This document shows, piece after piece, positions 18,440-28,981 of a stretch of DNA of 32,000 nt. Source of the DNA: Candidatus Saccharimonadota bacterium (GTDB taxonomy: Bacteria; Pseudomonadota; Alphaproteobacteria; Rickettsiales; Anaplasmataceae). Within the stretch, counting starts at the first letter, position 1. The number at the start of each line of letters is the position of its first letter. Where the stretch lies: contig NZ_CP046580.1 of assembly GCF_013365495.1 (NCBI RefSeq), positions 510,001 through 542,000 of the forward strand, given 5' to 3'. The notes under the pieces were generated by a model. The model was not told the DNA's origin, did not search any database, and saw nothing but the letters and a program-made list of their open reading frames with translations. The translations under genes and the position numbers were made by a program.

Positions 18440-19714
18440 GTGTGCAATAATCAGCAAACAAGAGCATTATTAGCAACAATTCTTTGCAGAATAACAATAT
18501 GGTATGATCACATGCTCTTTATCGATTTAGTTAATATAATTAGTAGAGAATTTTGTTTTGCAAGGGATGTCTACTACAACATAATGCAATTATTTGGTAT
18601 TGCAGGGTTGGGTGCAATGGTAAGACCACTTGGTGCATCTGCATTTGGTCATATTGGTGATAGATATGGAAGAAGAATAGCACTAATGATTGCTATTCTT
18701 CTAATATCAATTCCATCTAGTCTCGTTGCATTTATTCCAAGTTATAGTCGAATAGGTGTTACTTCTACCATATTATTTCTTGCGGTTCATGTGATACAGG
18801 GAATCGCACTTGGAGCTGAACAAGGAGGTAGTTCAGTTTATTTAATAGAACATTTATCTAATAAGAAAAAATTAGGGGCATTTTGTGGGATAATAAGTTT
18901 AGGTAGATCTATTGGTGTCCTGCTTTCTGTAACAATAGTAATTATCTGTAAAAAAAATACTGATTTTAATACTTGGGGTTGGAGACTGCCATTCACTTTT
19001 TCAGCTATTTTAGGGTTAATTAGCACATATAGCATATATAAATTAGGAGAGACCCCAGTATACAATAATCAAAAGCAAAGAAAATTACCACCAAGTTTAC
19101 CAATAATAGAGCTTATAAAACACTATAAGAGAGCTCTTATACTTGCTATTTTAATATCTGTACCTGTGAATGTCACTGTTGGATTTATCACATTTCTCCG
19201 AACTCTTGCAAAAGAAACAGTATCAGTTAAAATATATATAACAACATATATTAATGAAATTGTGCTGATCGTAACCAGCATATTAGTACCCATATTTGCA
19301 ATAGCACTTGGAATATTAGCTGATAGGATAGGTAAGGAACGTACTGCAATCTTATTTATATTGATAACAATGGTACTATGTTGTCCTATGTTATTTATGA
19401 TGTGTCACTATAAAAATTATCTTATCATTATGCTTAGTATAATGATTCTTTCTATAATAGAAAAGGGTATAAATCCTATAGGAATAGTTGCCTCTGAGCT
19501 TTTTCCTACTAATGTTAGGTTTAGTGGAGTAAGTTTATCACGTAACATTTCGTTTGCTTTACATGGTGGATTTACTCCTATGATATGTACTTGGTTTACT
19601 ATAACTTTTCCTGAAGTAAACTTTGCAGCTGGACTTTATGTAGTTTGTTGCTTACTAGTTAGTTTGGTAGCAATATCTCAAATCAAACCTCAAGATAAAA
19701 GATGTGATTGGTAG
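18440..19714 (+). CDS. MFS transporter, metabolite:H+ symporter (ProP-like) family
   Basis: 424 aa with about 12 TM segments. Colinear by eye with E. coli ProP: WYDH (EWFDF region), RPLGASAFGHIGDRYGRR (MFS motif A), IPSYSRIG, WGWRLPF, FPTNVRFSG. Short N-terminus with a GTG start. Confidence 0.85.
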   Translation: MCNNQQTRALLATILCRITIWYDHMLFIDLVNIISREFCFARDVYYNIMQLFGIAGLGAMVRPLGASAFGHIGDRYGRRIALMIAILLISIPSSLVAFIPSYSRIGVTSTILFLAVHVIQGIALGAEQGGSSVYLIEHLSNKKKLGAFCGIISLGRSIGVLLSVTIVIICKKNTDFNTWGWRLPFTFSAILGLISTYSIYKLGETPVYNNQKQRKLPPSLPIIELIKHYKRALILAILISVPVNVTVGFITFLRTLAKETVSVKIYITTYINEIVLIVTSILVPIFAIALGILADRIGKERTAILFILITMVLCCPMLFMMCHYKNYLIIMLSIMILSIIEKGINPIGIVASELFPTNVRFSGVSLSRNISFALHGGFTPMICTWFTITFPEVNFAAGLYVVCCLLVSLVAISQIKPQDKRCDW

Positions 19715-19830
19715 AATTCCTCTATAAAATATCAATAATACATGTTAAATTAAGTTTAAAATTAGATTAAAGAATATGTTATTTTTATTTATAGAAAATA
19801 TTATGTTATTACAATTTAAAAAGGATTTTG

Positions 19831-19872
19831 TATAAAGAAGTACAATATCTTTCTTCTTTGTATTGTTTTTTT
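19831..19872 (+). terminator. Rho-independent terminator candidate downstream of the MFS gene
   Basis: TATAAAGAAG, a 12-nt loop, then CTTCTTTGTA (10 bp including one G.U), followed by TTGTTTTTTT. Located 117 nt after the stop. Confidence 0.45.
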
Positions 19873-20046
19873 AAATTTTCTATTATAAGTTTAGCTATAC
19901 AAAAGACCTATCTACATTTAGAAACAATGTTTTTCTTTTCCTAAGTTTTAGTATTGTATATATAATATATAAATGTTCTAATAACAGTTAAGAAAATAAA
20001 ATGAAATATCTCACAATATCTTCTATAATTAAATTTTTTAAATAAA

Positions 20047-21033
20047 ATGGTGCTTTATATAGGAATTAATGGCCTTGGTAGAATAGGAAGAAGCGCATTA
20101 CGTGCTATTTTTGAGATAAAAAAGTATAGTGAACAAATAGAAGTTATAGCTGTAAATGGATCGCTCAGTGTAAAACAACATGTACACTTGATTAAATATG
20201 ATTCTATTCATGGTAAATTTAATGGTGATATTAATTTTAGTGAGTCTGAGAACTGGATTTCTATAAATGGTAAAAAATTTTCTCTATATAGAGAACGATA
20301 TCCTGAAAACATACCTTGGGATGTTGATATAGTTCTTGAATGCACCGGTGCATTCAACAGGAGAGTAGAAGCAATGAGGCATAATGCAAAAAGAATAGTC
20401 GTTTCTGCTCCAGTTTCAGACGCTGACGTAACTATAGTTTATGGTGTAAACGATAATATGCTAAAAAAAGAGCATAAGGTGATATCAATAGGTTCTTGTA
20501 CTACGAATTGTCTAGCTCAAATTGTTCAAGTTTTACATTCTAATTTAAAAATAAAAAATGGTTTTATGACTACTATACATGCATATACAAATGATCAAAA
20601 CATTCTTGATGGAAATCATAAGGACTTACGAAGAGCAAGAGCTTGTGGATTATCGATGGTACCAACTACAACTGGAGCAGCAAAAACAATTAGTTCTGTC
20701 ATTCCTGAATTAAACGGTAAGCTAGATGGCACTGCTATCAGAGTTCCAGTGAGTAATGTTTCTATGGTTGATTTTAAATTTATAACTGATAAAAAAGTAA
20801 CAGTTGAGGAAATAAATAGTATATTTAAGAATTCAAAAAATCATGTGCTTTCCATATGTGAAGATCCTTTGGTTTCAATAGACTTTGTACATAATCCTTA
20901 CAGTGCAATTGTGGATCTAGGTGGTACTTATATTACAGGTGATATATACAGAGTTGCAGCATGGTATGACAATGAATGGGCTTTTTCATTGAGAATGTTA
21001 GATATAGCATTATTATGTTACAATAGAACATGA
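20047..21033 (+). CDS. gapA: Glyceraldehyde-3-phosphate dehydrogenase
   Basis: 328 aa with INGLGRIGR (Rossmann fold), catalytic SCTTNCLA, and WYDNEWAFS. Confidence 0.96.
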   Translation: MVLYIGINGLGRIGRSALRAIFEIKKYSEQIEVIAVNGSLSVKQHVHLIKYDSIHGKFNGDINFSESENWISINGKKFSLYRERYPENIPWDVDIVLECTGAFNRRVEAMRHNAKRIVVSAPVSDADVTIVYGVNDNMLKKEHKVISIGSCTTNCLAQIVQVLHSNLKIKNGFMTTIHAYTNDQNILDGNHKDLRRARACGLSMVPTTTGAAKTISSVIPELNGKLDGTAIRVPVSNVSMVDFKFITDKKVTVEEINSIFKNSKNHVLSICEDPLVSIDFVHNPYSAIVDLGGTYITGDIYRVAAWYDNEWAFSLRMLDIALLCYNRT

Positions 21034-21788
21034 ATCAAAATAAATATACTTCATTTTATGAACATTTTGAAGAGCTCAGAAGAAAGGTTGTTTTTTGTTT
21101 TCTATTTTTTCTTATTATTTTTGGTTTTTGCTACTATTTTAAAGAAAACATATACTACTTTCTGCTTACACCTCTAATAGAGGTCACAAGGGGTAGTAAT
21201 AGCTTTTCCTTAATTTATACAGATTTAACAGAGGCATTTTTTGTATATCTTAGGGTTGCTATAATGAGTGCACTTTTATTTTCTTTTCCTGTGTTTGCAT
21301 GGAAATTTTATATGTTTTTAGCTCCTGGTTTATATAAAAGGGAAAGAGCAGTATTATTGCCATATTTAATTGCAACACCAGTTTTATTTATAATGGGAGC
21401 AGCTGTCGTTTATTACTATATATTTCCTTTAGCCTGGAAATTTTTTATTACTTTTGAAAATAGTAGCAAGCTTTTTGGTATACCGATAGAATTTATGCCA
21501 TCAGTTAGTGAATATTTAGATCTTGTTCTTCAATTTATGTTCGCATTTGGTACTGCATTTCAAATCCCAGTCATACTTACATTAATGGTTAGAGTTAGAT
21601 TAATTACCACACAAAGCTTGTCGAGTAAGCGTAGAATTGCAATAGTAGTGATTTTTATTATTGCTGCAGTTTTAACTCCACCTGATGTATTAAGTCAAAT
21701 AGGACTTGCTGTACCAATGTTAATCCTGTATGAGCTATCTATTTTAGTATGTAAATATATTGAAAAGAAAGCAAAAGGTAATACTTGA
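21030..21788 (+). CDS. tatC: Twin-arginine translocase subunit TatC
   Basis: 252 aa with HFEELRRKV, six hydrophobic segments and LTPPDVLSQ. The start overlaps the gapA stop (ATGA). Confidence 0.93.
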   Translation: MNQNKYTSFYEHFEELRRKVVFCFLFFLIIFGFCYYFKENIYYFLLTPLIEVTRGSNSFSLIYTDLTEAFFVYLRVAIMSALLFSFPVFAWKFYMFLAPGLYKRERAVLLPYLIATPVLFIMGAAVVYYYIFPLAWKFFITFENSSKLFGIPIEFMPSVSEYLDLVLQFMFAFGTAFQIPVILTLMVRVRLITTQSLSSKRRIAIVVIFIIAAVLTPPDVLSQIGLAVPMLILYELSILVCKYIEKKAKGNT

Positions 21789-21878
21789 TATTGACACTAA
21801 CAAAGCTATATTTTCTATAAAAAATATAATACTTAAATTAGTAATTTTGTTATAGCTCATTTTTTCTAAAACTTTTTT

Positions 21879-24800
21879 TCAGGTTTTTGGGGTCATTTCA
21901 TTAATTTTTATTGCACGATCAAACATTTTTAGTAATCTTTTAAATAAGCTTGGAGTTAATGAAAAAATAGGGTTAACAGACACATTACTATTTTTGCTAT
22001 CACCATTTGCTTTGTAATCTATTGAAATAATTCCCCTACTTTTCCCACCAGTAAGAATTTTTCCAATTATAGGAATTTTTAATAGAGACTTATTGATTGA
22101 ATATGCCGGTATTATTTGTCCTTCAACCTGGAATTTATGATCTTTAATATCTAACTTGCCACTAGCACTAATGCCTAGTTCTGCTCCTTCAAGCCAGGAT
22201 TCTTCAATTTTAATTAAGCCATTTTTATATGAAAAGGGTACATTACATTTATCAAAATACACACCTTCATTTTTTATGACATTTACAATACCAGGTAATG
22301 AAGACATAGATAGTAAAGTAGTAAGTAGTGGAGCATCTTTAATATAAAAATTACTAATAGATAACATGCCATAATGTTCTCCACTTTTCCTCTGAGGAGA
22401 TAGATAAAAAGATAACTTTCCATTTTTAACTGATTTACTAATTCCTAAAGAACGTAAAAGCATGCCTGAATTATCTGTATATATTTCAAGACCTACTCCA
22501 CTATACTCTGCTAGTATATTTCTATTATCTTCTAACTGTCCTATAAACTTGCTTCCACTACAATCACCTTTAGTACAAGTTAAATTTAGTCTTGCATTTC
22601 TAATAAGAATTTCTTCTTTCATAATGATATTATCAACATTTATATCAACTTCTATATCAGTGCTCAATTTATTGTTATCTCTGTTAAGTAAATCTAAAAC
22701 ATCACCTAAGTTAACTTTTTCACCATAAATAATTATAGAGTTTTTCTCTTTACCTAGTTTAATTTCCATATTAAAATTATTATTAGGCAATCTAAAATTG
22801 CTAGAGTTTAAATATAAATTTCCATTTTTTAATTTTCCACTTAATTTTATATCTAAACTACTTCCTACAACATCTAACTTATCTATTAGTAACTCATCTG
22901 CTCCTTTTAATCTTGTAGAAAATAAAATTTTATTGTGGTCTTCAAAGTGATTTTTTCTTCCTAAGTAGCTTAAATGTGACTTAAGTTCTGATAAATCTAT
23001 ATTACCATTAATATATCCAGTTTTATCCTGATTTATCACTGATTTTATATCTGCATTAATATAACCACCATCAAAATTTAGAATTCGAGCAGGTAAATCT
23101 CCAGTCAAATTCCAAGAAAAACTCCTATTTTTGTTACTACTTTTTAGACCAAACAATAGCTGTGTATCATTTACCATACCACTTCCATGTAAATCAATAA
23201 AATCTTCGCCGAAGTGAAGCGTAATATCATATTTCCCAAGACTTGCATCATAAACAACCAAATTATCAATTTTAGAATAAAGATTAGCTGAAAAATCTGC
23301 TTTTTTGTTACCAGAATTCAAATTAAAAATATGAAAATTAAACACAGATTTCACTTTCCCATCTATCTTGTCCTTTTTAACCTTAATAATATCGTCTAGC
23401 TTAAACTTTACAGACTCATATAACCCATAAGCATCACTTATAGCTTGGCCATTAATGATAAGGACTGAATCTTCTTGATTAAGAGAATTCATTTCAATAT
23501 ACCCAGCATCAATAATGAAGTTTTGAAACCTAGCGCTATTCACAGTAATTTTAAGGTTGTTATTTTTAAGAGTTAAGTTACCATTTAGTCCTTTTACTTG
23601 TTTAAAGCCCTCATTAAACTTTACGCTACCGTTTTCTATGTCAGCAACAACCACAATATCTGATAAGTTATCATTAATCAAGTTATTAAATTTACCATTA
23701 AAACTTATAACTGTATTTACAATATCTCCATCGATATTACGACAATACCATTTTCTAAGTTTATTATTTACCATATCATTTAATATATAAGTACATAAAT
23801 TCCTTACAGTAAGTCTACTGATATTAACTTTAAGAAAAGTATTATTTGTACTGAAGTTCATTTTTCCTATTAAAGAGAGGTATGTATTATGTAAGTTAAA
23901 ATGAAATTTTTTTATGCTAATAATTCCATTATTATATATTAAATGTATATTTACGTCAGTTATGGATAAACTTTTATCGAAATGATTATCTGTATTTAAT
24001 ACATATATATTTCCATCTATAATCTCATCACTGCTGTTAATCAGTATTGAAAAACTTCCTTTAAGTCCTATGTTTGTATCTAAATTAAAATTTTTAACTA
24101 ATATAAGAAATTTGCTGAATAGCTCTAATTTTAGGTTATAGAATATACCACATATATTTAATAAACTATCATAATTTTTTATTGTAATAGATAAATCATC
24201 CAAAATACTTTTTTTATCTTGTGTATAAACACGTATGTCCAAAATATCAAAATCTTCTTTTTTACCTATATATATTTTATCAATAAAAAATTCATTCTTT
24301 TTATCTTTATTAATACTGATATTAGTAATCTCAATTTTTGAACCTACATTTAAATTAAAAAAGAACTTTTTTATTGCTTTTGAGAATTCTTGAAAGTCAA
24401 AATTAATTTCTTTAAAGTTAGTTTTATTTTTATTATCAAAAGTCCAGCCTGTTATTACCCAAGCAGCTAATATTGAAATCCCTTCTTTTTTTTCTTGAAT
24501 TTCAGAGTGATATGCTGGGATAATAGTAGCTGGTAAAATATGTATGTATACTTTATCAGCTAAAATCTGAGAAAATTGTATACTATTTTTAAATAAAGAG
24601 CTTAACTCCAAGTCTATAGAAAGATTAGGAATTTCTATAGTAAAACTAGGATTCACTATCTTAAAATTTTTGATAATTAAGCATAAATTCTTGTTACCCC
24701 TTTGCCATATAATTGAAGTATTTTCCATATTAATACTTGCACTGGCAAGCATGTTTGATATCTTTTTTTTTATATAAAAATTAATATAATTAGTATTAAT

Positions 24801-24890
24801 TTTTAAATGTCCCTTACTTTTTAACAAAACAAAAAAGCAAAATATAAATGATAAAACCACAAAAAATAATACAGTAATTTTTTTAAGCAT
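21879..24890 (-). CDS. Large envelope protein, AsmA/YhdP-like (N-terminal membrane anchor, long beta-rich body, AsmA-like C-terminal motif)
   Basis: 1003 aa. N-terminal TM ITVLFFVVLSFIFCFFVLL; alternating hydrophobic/polar repeats throughout. The C-terminus IPIIGKILTGGKSRGIISIDYKANGDSKNSNVSVNPIFSLTPSLFKRLLKMF resembles the AsmA_2/YhdP C-terminal pattern (P.lG.il.G...G....Y.i.G.....V.VNP.S.L.P...r.lf). Family call is from memory of the motif, not from a search. Confidence 0.6.
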   Translation of the reverse strand: MLKKITVLFFVVLSFIFCFFVLLKSKGHLKINTNYINFYIKKKISNMLASASINMENTSIIWQRGNKNLCLIIKNFKIVNPSFTIEIPNLSIDLELSSLFKNSIQFSQILADKVYIHILPATIIPAYHSEIQEKKEGISILAAWVITGWTFDNKNKTNFKEINFDFQEFSKAIKKFFFNLNVGSKIEITNISINKDKKNEFFIDKIYIGKKEDFDILDIRVYTQDKKSILDDLSITIKNYDSLLNICGIFYNLKLELFSKFLILVKNFNLDTNIGLKGSFSILINSSDEIIDGNIYVLNTDNHFDKSLSITDVNIHLIYNNGIISIKKFHFNLHNTYLSLIGKMNFSTNNTFLKVNISRLTVRNLCTYILNDMVNNKLRKWYCRNIDGDIVNTVISFNGKFNNLINDNLSDIVVVADIENGSVKFNEGFKQVKGLNGNLTLKNNNLKITVNSARFQNFIIDAGYIEMNSLNQEDSVLIINGQAISDAYGLYESVKFKLDDIIKVKKDKIDGKVKSVFNFHIFNLNSGNKKADFSANLYSKIDNLVVYDASLGKYDITLHFGEDFIDLHGSGMVNDTQLLFGLKSSNKNRSFSWNLTGDLPARILNFDGGYINADIKSVINQDKTGYINGNIDLSELKSHLSYLGRKNHFEDHNKILFSTRLKGADELLIDKLDVVGSSLDIKLSGKLKNGNLYLNSSNFRLPNNNFNMEIKLGKEKNSIIIYGEKVNLGDVLDLLNRDNNKLSTDIEVDINVDNIIMKEEILIRNARLNLTCTKGDCSGSKFIGQLEDNRNILAEYSGVGLEIYTDNSGMLLRSLGISKSVKNGKLSFYLSPQRKSGEHYGMLSISNFYIKDAPLLTTLLSMSSLPGIVNVIKNEGVYFDKCNVPFSYKNGLIKIEESWLEGAELGISASGKLDIKDHKFQVEGQIIPAYSINKSLLKIPIIGKILTGGKSRGIISIDYKANGDSKNSNVSVNPIFSLTPSLFKRLLKMFDRAIKINEMTPKT

Positions 24891-25320
24891 CCATTATTGC
24901 TTTCCTTGCTAAACTATCAACTTCCTCATTATATTTATTACCACTGTGTGCTTTAACCCACTTCCAATTAATCTCATGTTGTGAAGCAGCATCATCCAAT
25001 TCTTTCCACAAATCTATATTCTTTACTAATTTTCTGTTGCTTGTTTTCCAACCATTTATTTTCCATTTACCTATCCATTTTGTTATACCATTTTTAACAT
25101 AAAAACTATCCGTGTATAAACTGATACTACAAGGAAATTTTAATACCTTCAGTCCATTAATTACTGCTGTCAATTCCATTTTATTGTTTGTAGTATTTTC
25201 TTCCCTGCCATAAATATTTTTTTTATAGTCTTTAAATAATACTATTACTGCCCACCCTCCTCTTCCTGGGTTACCAGAACATGCTCCATCTGCATATATA
25301 GTTACTTTCTTTTTATTCAT
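24883..25320 (-). CDS. rnhA: Ribonuclease HI
   Basis: 145 aa with DGACSGNPGRGGWA, MELTAV, LYTDS and HSGNKYNEEVD (DEDD residues). The stop overlaps the start of the AsmA-like gene by 8 nt. Confidence 0.95.
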   Translation of the reverse strand: MNKKKVTIYADGACSGNPGRGGWAVIVLFKDYKKNIYGREENTTNNKMELTAVINGLKVLKFPCSISLYTDSFYVKNGITKWIGKWKINGWKTSNRKLVKNIDLWKELDDAASQHEINWKWVKAHSGNKYNEEVDSLARKAIMDA

Positions 25321-25400
25321 TTTTAACTATGAAATTAATAAAGCATATAGTCACTTCTATAAAAAAACAATTTTATGAAATTTATAGGCATAAATAATAT

Positions 25401-25508
25401 CTAGGTTGTACCTTTAAATTTTATTATAGAAACAAAAAACAGTACAATAGTAAGCATTATTAATAGAAAAAGTAAAAAGTAGTTCTTATATTTTTGTTGT
25501 TCTCTCAT
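25401..25508 (-). CDS. Candidate small membrane protein (35 aa) coupled to ctaB; not in the ORF track
   Basis: ATG at 25508 lies 2 nt after the ctaB stop (25511-25513). Translation: MREQQKYKNYFLLFLLIMLTIVLFFVSIIKFKGTT, a basic N-terminus, one 20-residue TM segment and a basic C-terminus. No homology evidence is available. Confidence 0.3.
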   Translation of the reverse strand: MREQQKYKNYFLLFLLIMLTIVLFFVSIIKFKGTT

Positions 25509-25510
25509 AG

Positions 25511-26398
25511 CTAAAACCAGTTAATGGAACAAAAAATAATGCTAGCAAACAGAGAAAATAAGTAAGAAATTGAATAAGAAAACATTTTTTTTTGTGAGCT
25601 GTAATTTTTAAGTTTAGTAATAGAGATAGCATACCAAATAAACACACAACCCTCAAGAATTGCTATACTCAAATAAAGTAAAACCTTCTTTAAAAAAAGT
25701 GATGGAAGTAAGCTGGTTAATACTAACAGTATACTATAGATTAATATATATTTTCTTGTTTTTTCTGAACCATAAACAATATTAAACATTGGAATAGATG
25801 CCTTCATATATTCTTCAGGCTTGTTTAGAGATAGAGCCCAAAAATGCGGTGGAGTCCACATAAAAATTATTAAGAATAGGATCAAACTTTCCCAACTTAT
25901 AGCATTAGTTACCACTGCCCAGCCAATCATTGGGGAAAAAGCACCAGATACACCACCAATAACTATATTTTGCGGAGTACGTCTTTTAAGCCAAATAGTA
26001 TATATAAAAACATAAAATAATATGCTAACTGCAAGCAAAGCAGCAGAAATATAATTCACTGCTATTGCCATAATAAATACTGACAATATTCCAAGAATTA
26101 TACCAAACTCAATAGCACTCTCTGCAGAAACCCTACCTGAAGGTATAGGACGGTTTTGTGTTCTTTTCATGAGTAAATCTATATCTCTATCATACCACAT
26201 GTTTATGGCACCTGCAGCCCCTGAACCAAGAGCTATACATATAATAGATACCAACGCAAGAAAAGGATGTATATTACCTGGTGCAGCAATCATTCCAGCA
26301 ACCGCAGTAAATACTACGAGGTATATGACTTTTGGTTTAAGCAAACACCAAAAGTCTAGGATTGTTGATTCAATATTTGATAAAACACTTGTATGCAT
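25511..26398 (-). CDS. ctaB: Protoheme IX farnesyltransferase (heme O synthase)
   Basis: 295 aa, UbiA family, with [19 protein letters not shown] and polytopic topology. The start lies 1 nt after the coxA stop. Confidence 0.94.
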   Translation of the reverse strand: MHTSVLSNIESTILDFWCLLKPKVIYLVVFTAVAGMIAAPGNIHPFLALVSIICIALGSGAAGAINMWYDRDIDLLMKRTQNRPIPSGRVSAESAIEFGIILGILSVFIMAIAVNYISAALLAVSILFYVFIYTIWLKRRTPQNIVIGGVSGAFSPMIGWAVVTNAISWESLILFLIIFMWTPPHFWALSLNKPEEYMKASIPMFNIVYGSEKTRKYILIYSILLVLTSLLPSLFLKKVLLYLSIAILEGCVFIWYAISITKLKNYSSQKKMFSYSISYLFSLFASIIFCSINWF

Positions 26399-26399
26399 T

Positions 26400-27950
26400 C
26401 TACTTTATTACTGGTGGTTTCTCAAAAGAGTGAAAAGGTGGTGGTGAAGATACTGTCCATTCTAGGGTATCACCTCCCCAAGGATTATCCTCGACCTTTT
26501 TACCCCACTTAAGTAAGTGTATAATTATAAATATAAAAAGCACAACTGAAATGAATGACATATATGAGCCAATTGAAGATACATAATTCCAAGGAATAAA
26601 TGCATCCGGATAGTCAGGTATACGTCTTGGCATACCAGCTAATCCTAAAAAATGCTGAGGTAAAAAAGTGATGTTAGTACTAATAAAGGTAAACCAAAAA
26701 TGTATTTTTCCTAAATATTCATTATATTGTCTACCTGACATTTTTCCTATCCAATAATAAAAGCCAGCAAAAGCTCCAAATAATACAGCTAATGACATAA
26801 CATAATGGAAGTGAGCAACAATATAATATGTATCGTGCAGTAACCTGTCCACTCCACCTTGAGATGAAATTATTCCAGTTACACCACCAGCAATAAACAT
26901 AAAAATAAAGCCTAATGCAAATAACATAGGAGTTTTAAGCTCAATTGCTCCACCCCACATAGTTGCAATCCAGCTAAAAACTTTAACACCAGTAATAACA
27001 CCAATAAAAATTGTGCTAGTACTAAAAAATATAATAGTATTTTCACTCAGGCCAACAGTAAACATATGATGAGCCCAAACCATGAAGCCAAATATTGCTA
27101 TACCTAGCATAGCATAAACCATTCCCATATAACCAAACACTGGCCTATGAGAAAAAGTTGATATGACCTGACTTATAATACCAAATGCAGGAAAAATAAT
27201 GATATAAACTTCTGGATGACCAAAAAACCAAAATAGATGTTGAAATAATACAGGGTCTCCACCACCAGCAGGATCAAAAAAAGAAGTACCAATGTTACGA
27301 TCAGTAAGTAACATAGTTATAGCACCAGCAAGTACTGGTAAAGCAACAATTAACATAAATGATGTCAATAAAACAGACCAGACAAACAATGGCATCTTAG
27401 TTAATGACATACCTTTTATACGCATATTGAATATAGTAACTATAAAATTAATTGCTCCAACAATTGAGGATATACCAGCAATATGAAGTGAAAATATAGC
27501 AAGGTCAACTCCTGCACTTGGGTGAAATGTAATTTGTGATAATGGTGGATATAAAGTCCACCCTACTCCAGGACCTTCACCAACAAATACCGAAAAAATG
27601 AGCAGAACAAAAGAGGATACTAATAACCAAAAACTTAAATTATTCATACGAGGAAATGCCATGTCTGGTGAGCCAATCATAAGAGGCACAAACCAATTAC
27701 CAAATCCTCCCATTAAAGCTGGCATTATCATAAAAAACACCATTATCACCGCATGTCCTGTAACCACTACGTTATATAATTGATAATTATTATTAAATAT
27801 GTTAATATGCATTAGCTGAGTACGAATAATTATTGATAATAATCCACCAATAACTCCAGTTAATATGGAAAAGGTGATGTATAGTGTTCCTATATCTTTA
27901 TGATTAGTAGAAAATAACCAACGTCTTATATTTTTTGATATATTACTCAT
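26400..27950 (-). CDS. coxA: Cytochrome c oxidase subunit I
   Basis: 516 aa with [19 protein letters not shown] and [10 protein letters not shown]. Confidence 0.98.
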   Translation of the reverse strand: MSNISKNIRRWLFSTNHKDIGTLYITFSILTGVIGGLLSIIIRTQLMHINIFNNNYQLYNVVVTGHAVIMVFFMIMPALMGGFGNWFVPLMIGSPDMAFPRMNNLSFWLLVSSFVLLIFSVFVGEGPGVGWTLYPPLSQITFHPSAGVDLAIFSLHIAGISSIVGAINFIVTIFNMRIKGMSLTKMPLFVWSVLLTSFMLIVALPVLAGAITMLLTDRNIGTSFFDPAGGGDPVLFQHLFWFFGHPEVYIIIFPAFGIISQVISTFSHRPVFGYMGMVYAMLGIAIFGFMVWAHHMFTVGLSENTIIFFSTSTIFIGVITGVKVFSWIATMWGGAIELKTPMLFALGFIFMFIAGGVTGIISSQGGVDRLLHDTYYIVAHFHYVMSLAVLFGAFAGFYYWIGKMSGRQYNEYLGKIHFWFTFISTNITFLPQHFLGLAGMPRRIPDYPDAFIPWNYVSSIGSYMSFISVVLFIFIIIHLLKWGKKVEDNPWGGDTLEWTVSSPPPFHSFEKPPVIK

Positions 27951-27966
27951 ATATTTTACTCTAAAT

Positions 27967-28746
27967 TTAACTTGTTAATTGTTTATTTTTAATCCACTCA
28001 TTAAAATTTTTTTTACTTACTGCTTTCACAACAATTGGCATAAAACCATGACCTTGACCGCACAATTCATAACATTGTCCGTAATAAATACCAGGATTTT
28101 TAATATTGAACCAAGCTTCGTTTAACCTACCTGGTACTGCATCAATTTTAACACCAAAAGCTGGTATTCCCCAGCTATGTATTACATCCTCTGCAGTCAC
28201 CTGTAAACGAATATTAGTATCAATAGGTAAAACAACATTATTATCTACAGAAAATAACCTCAAATCTTCTTCAGTAAAATTATCTTTCCCTTTAATGTAA
28301 CTATCAAATGATACACTTTGATATTCTGGATACTGATAACTCCAATACCACTGATGACCAATAACTTTTAGTGTTATATCAGCCTTTGGTATCTTTTCTT
28401 GTAACTTAATTAATTGAGCATTTTTAAAAGCTAATATACCAATAATGACAGTTGGTATAATAAACCAAACAATTTCTAAAAAAATATTATGATTTATTTG
28501 ACTTATATTTATCACTTTACTTCTACGAAAACGAAATATAACATAAGCAAGTAGTGTCCACACGAAAAGCATTATTCCAATCATTATACTCATTACAAAT
28601 AAATGTGACTTGACTATAGCCTCCATTATCTCAGTTGCAGGTGTAGGAAACCCAAATTGCCAAGAGCTAGGGGCAGAAGCAATTGATATATTTGAATATA
28701 ATATTATTAATAATATAAGCAGCTTTATCACATTTGTTAATGTCAA
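27967..28746 (-). CDS. coxB: Cytochrome c oxidase subunit II
   Basis: 259 aa with a signal-like N-terminus, two TM segments and the CuA site HSWGIPAFG...[12 protein letters not shown]. Start is uncertain: TTG at 28746 or GTG at 28731. Confidence 0.94.
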   Translation of the reverse strand: MTLTNVIKLLILLIILYSNISIASAPSSWQFGFPTPATEIMEAIVKSHLFVMSIMIGIMLFVWTLLAYVIFRFRRSKVINISQINHNIFLEIVWFIIPTVIIGILAFKNAQLIKLQEKIPKADITLKVIGHQWYWSYQYPEYQSVSFDSYIKGKDNFTEEDLRLFSVDNNVVLPIDTNIRLQVTAEDVIHSWGIPAFGVKIDAVPGRLNEAWFNIKNPGIYYGQCYELCGQGHGFMPIVVKAVSKKNFNEWIKNKQLTS

Positions 28747-28981
28747 ATTAACTACATAATAGTGTATATAAACTTACTGTGCAAATTAAAGATTAACAAT
28801 AGTTGATAATTTTATTATTGAACAGATACAGTACTAATTTAAAAAAATTACGAAACAAGTTTATTTAAAGTCAAATATAAATCCTAGCATTCACACTATA
28901 AATATAGTGTATTGATTAACTTCTTTGTGATTGTTTTAAGAAGTATATAACTTATACATTATAAAAAATGTTATGAATTAC

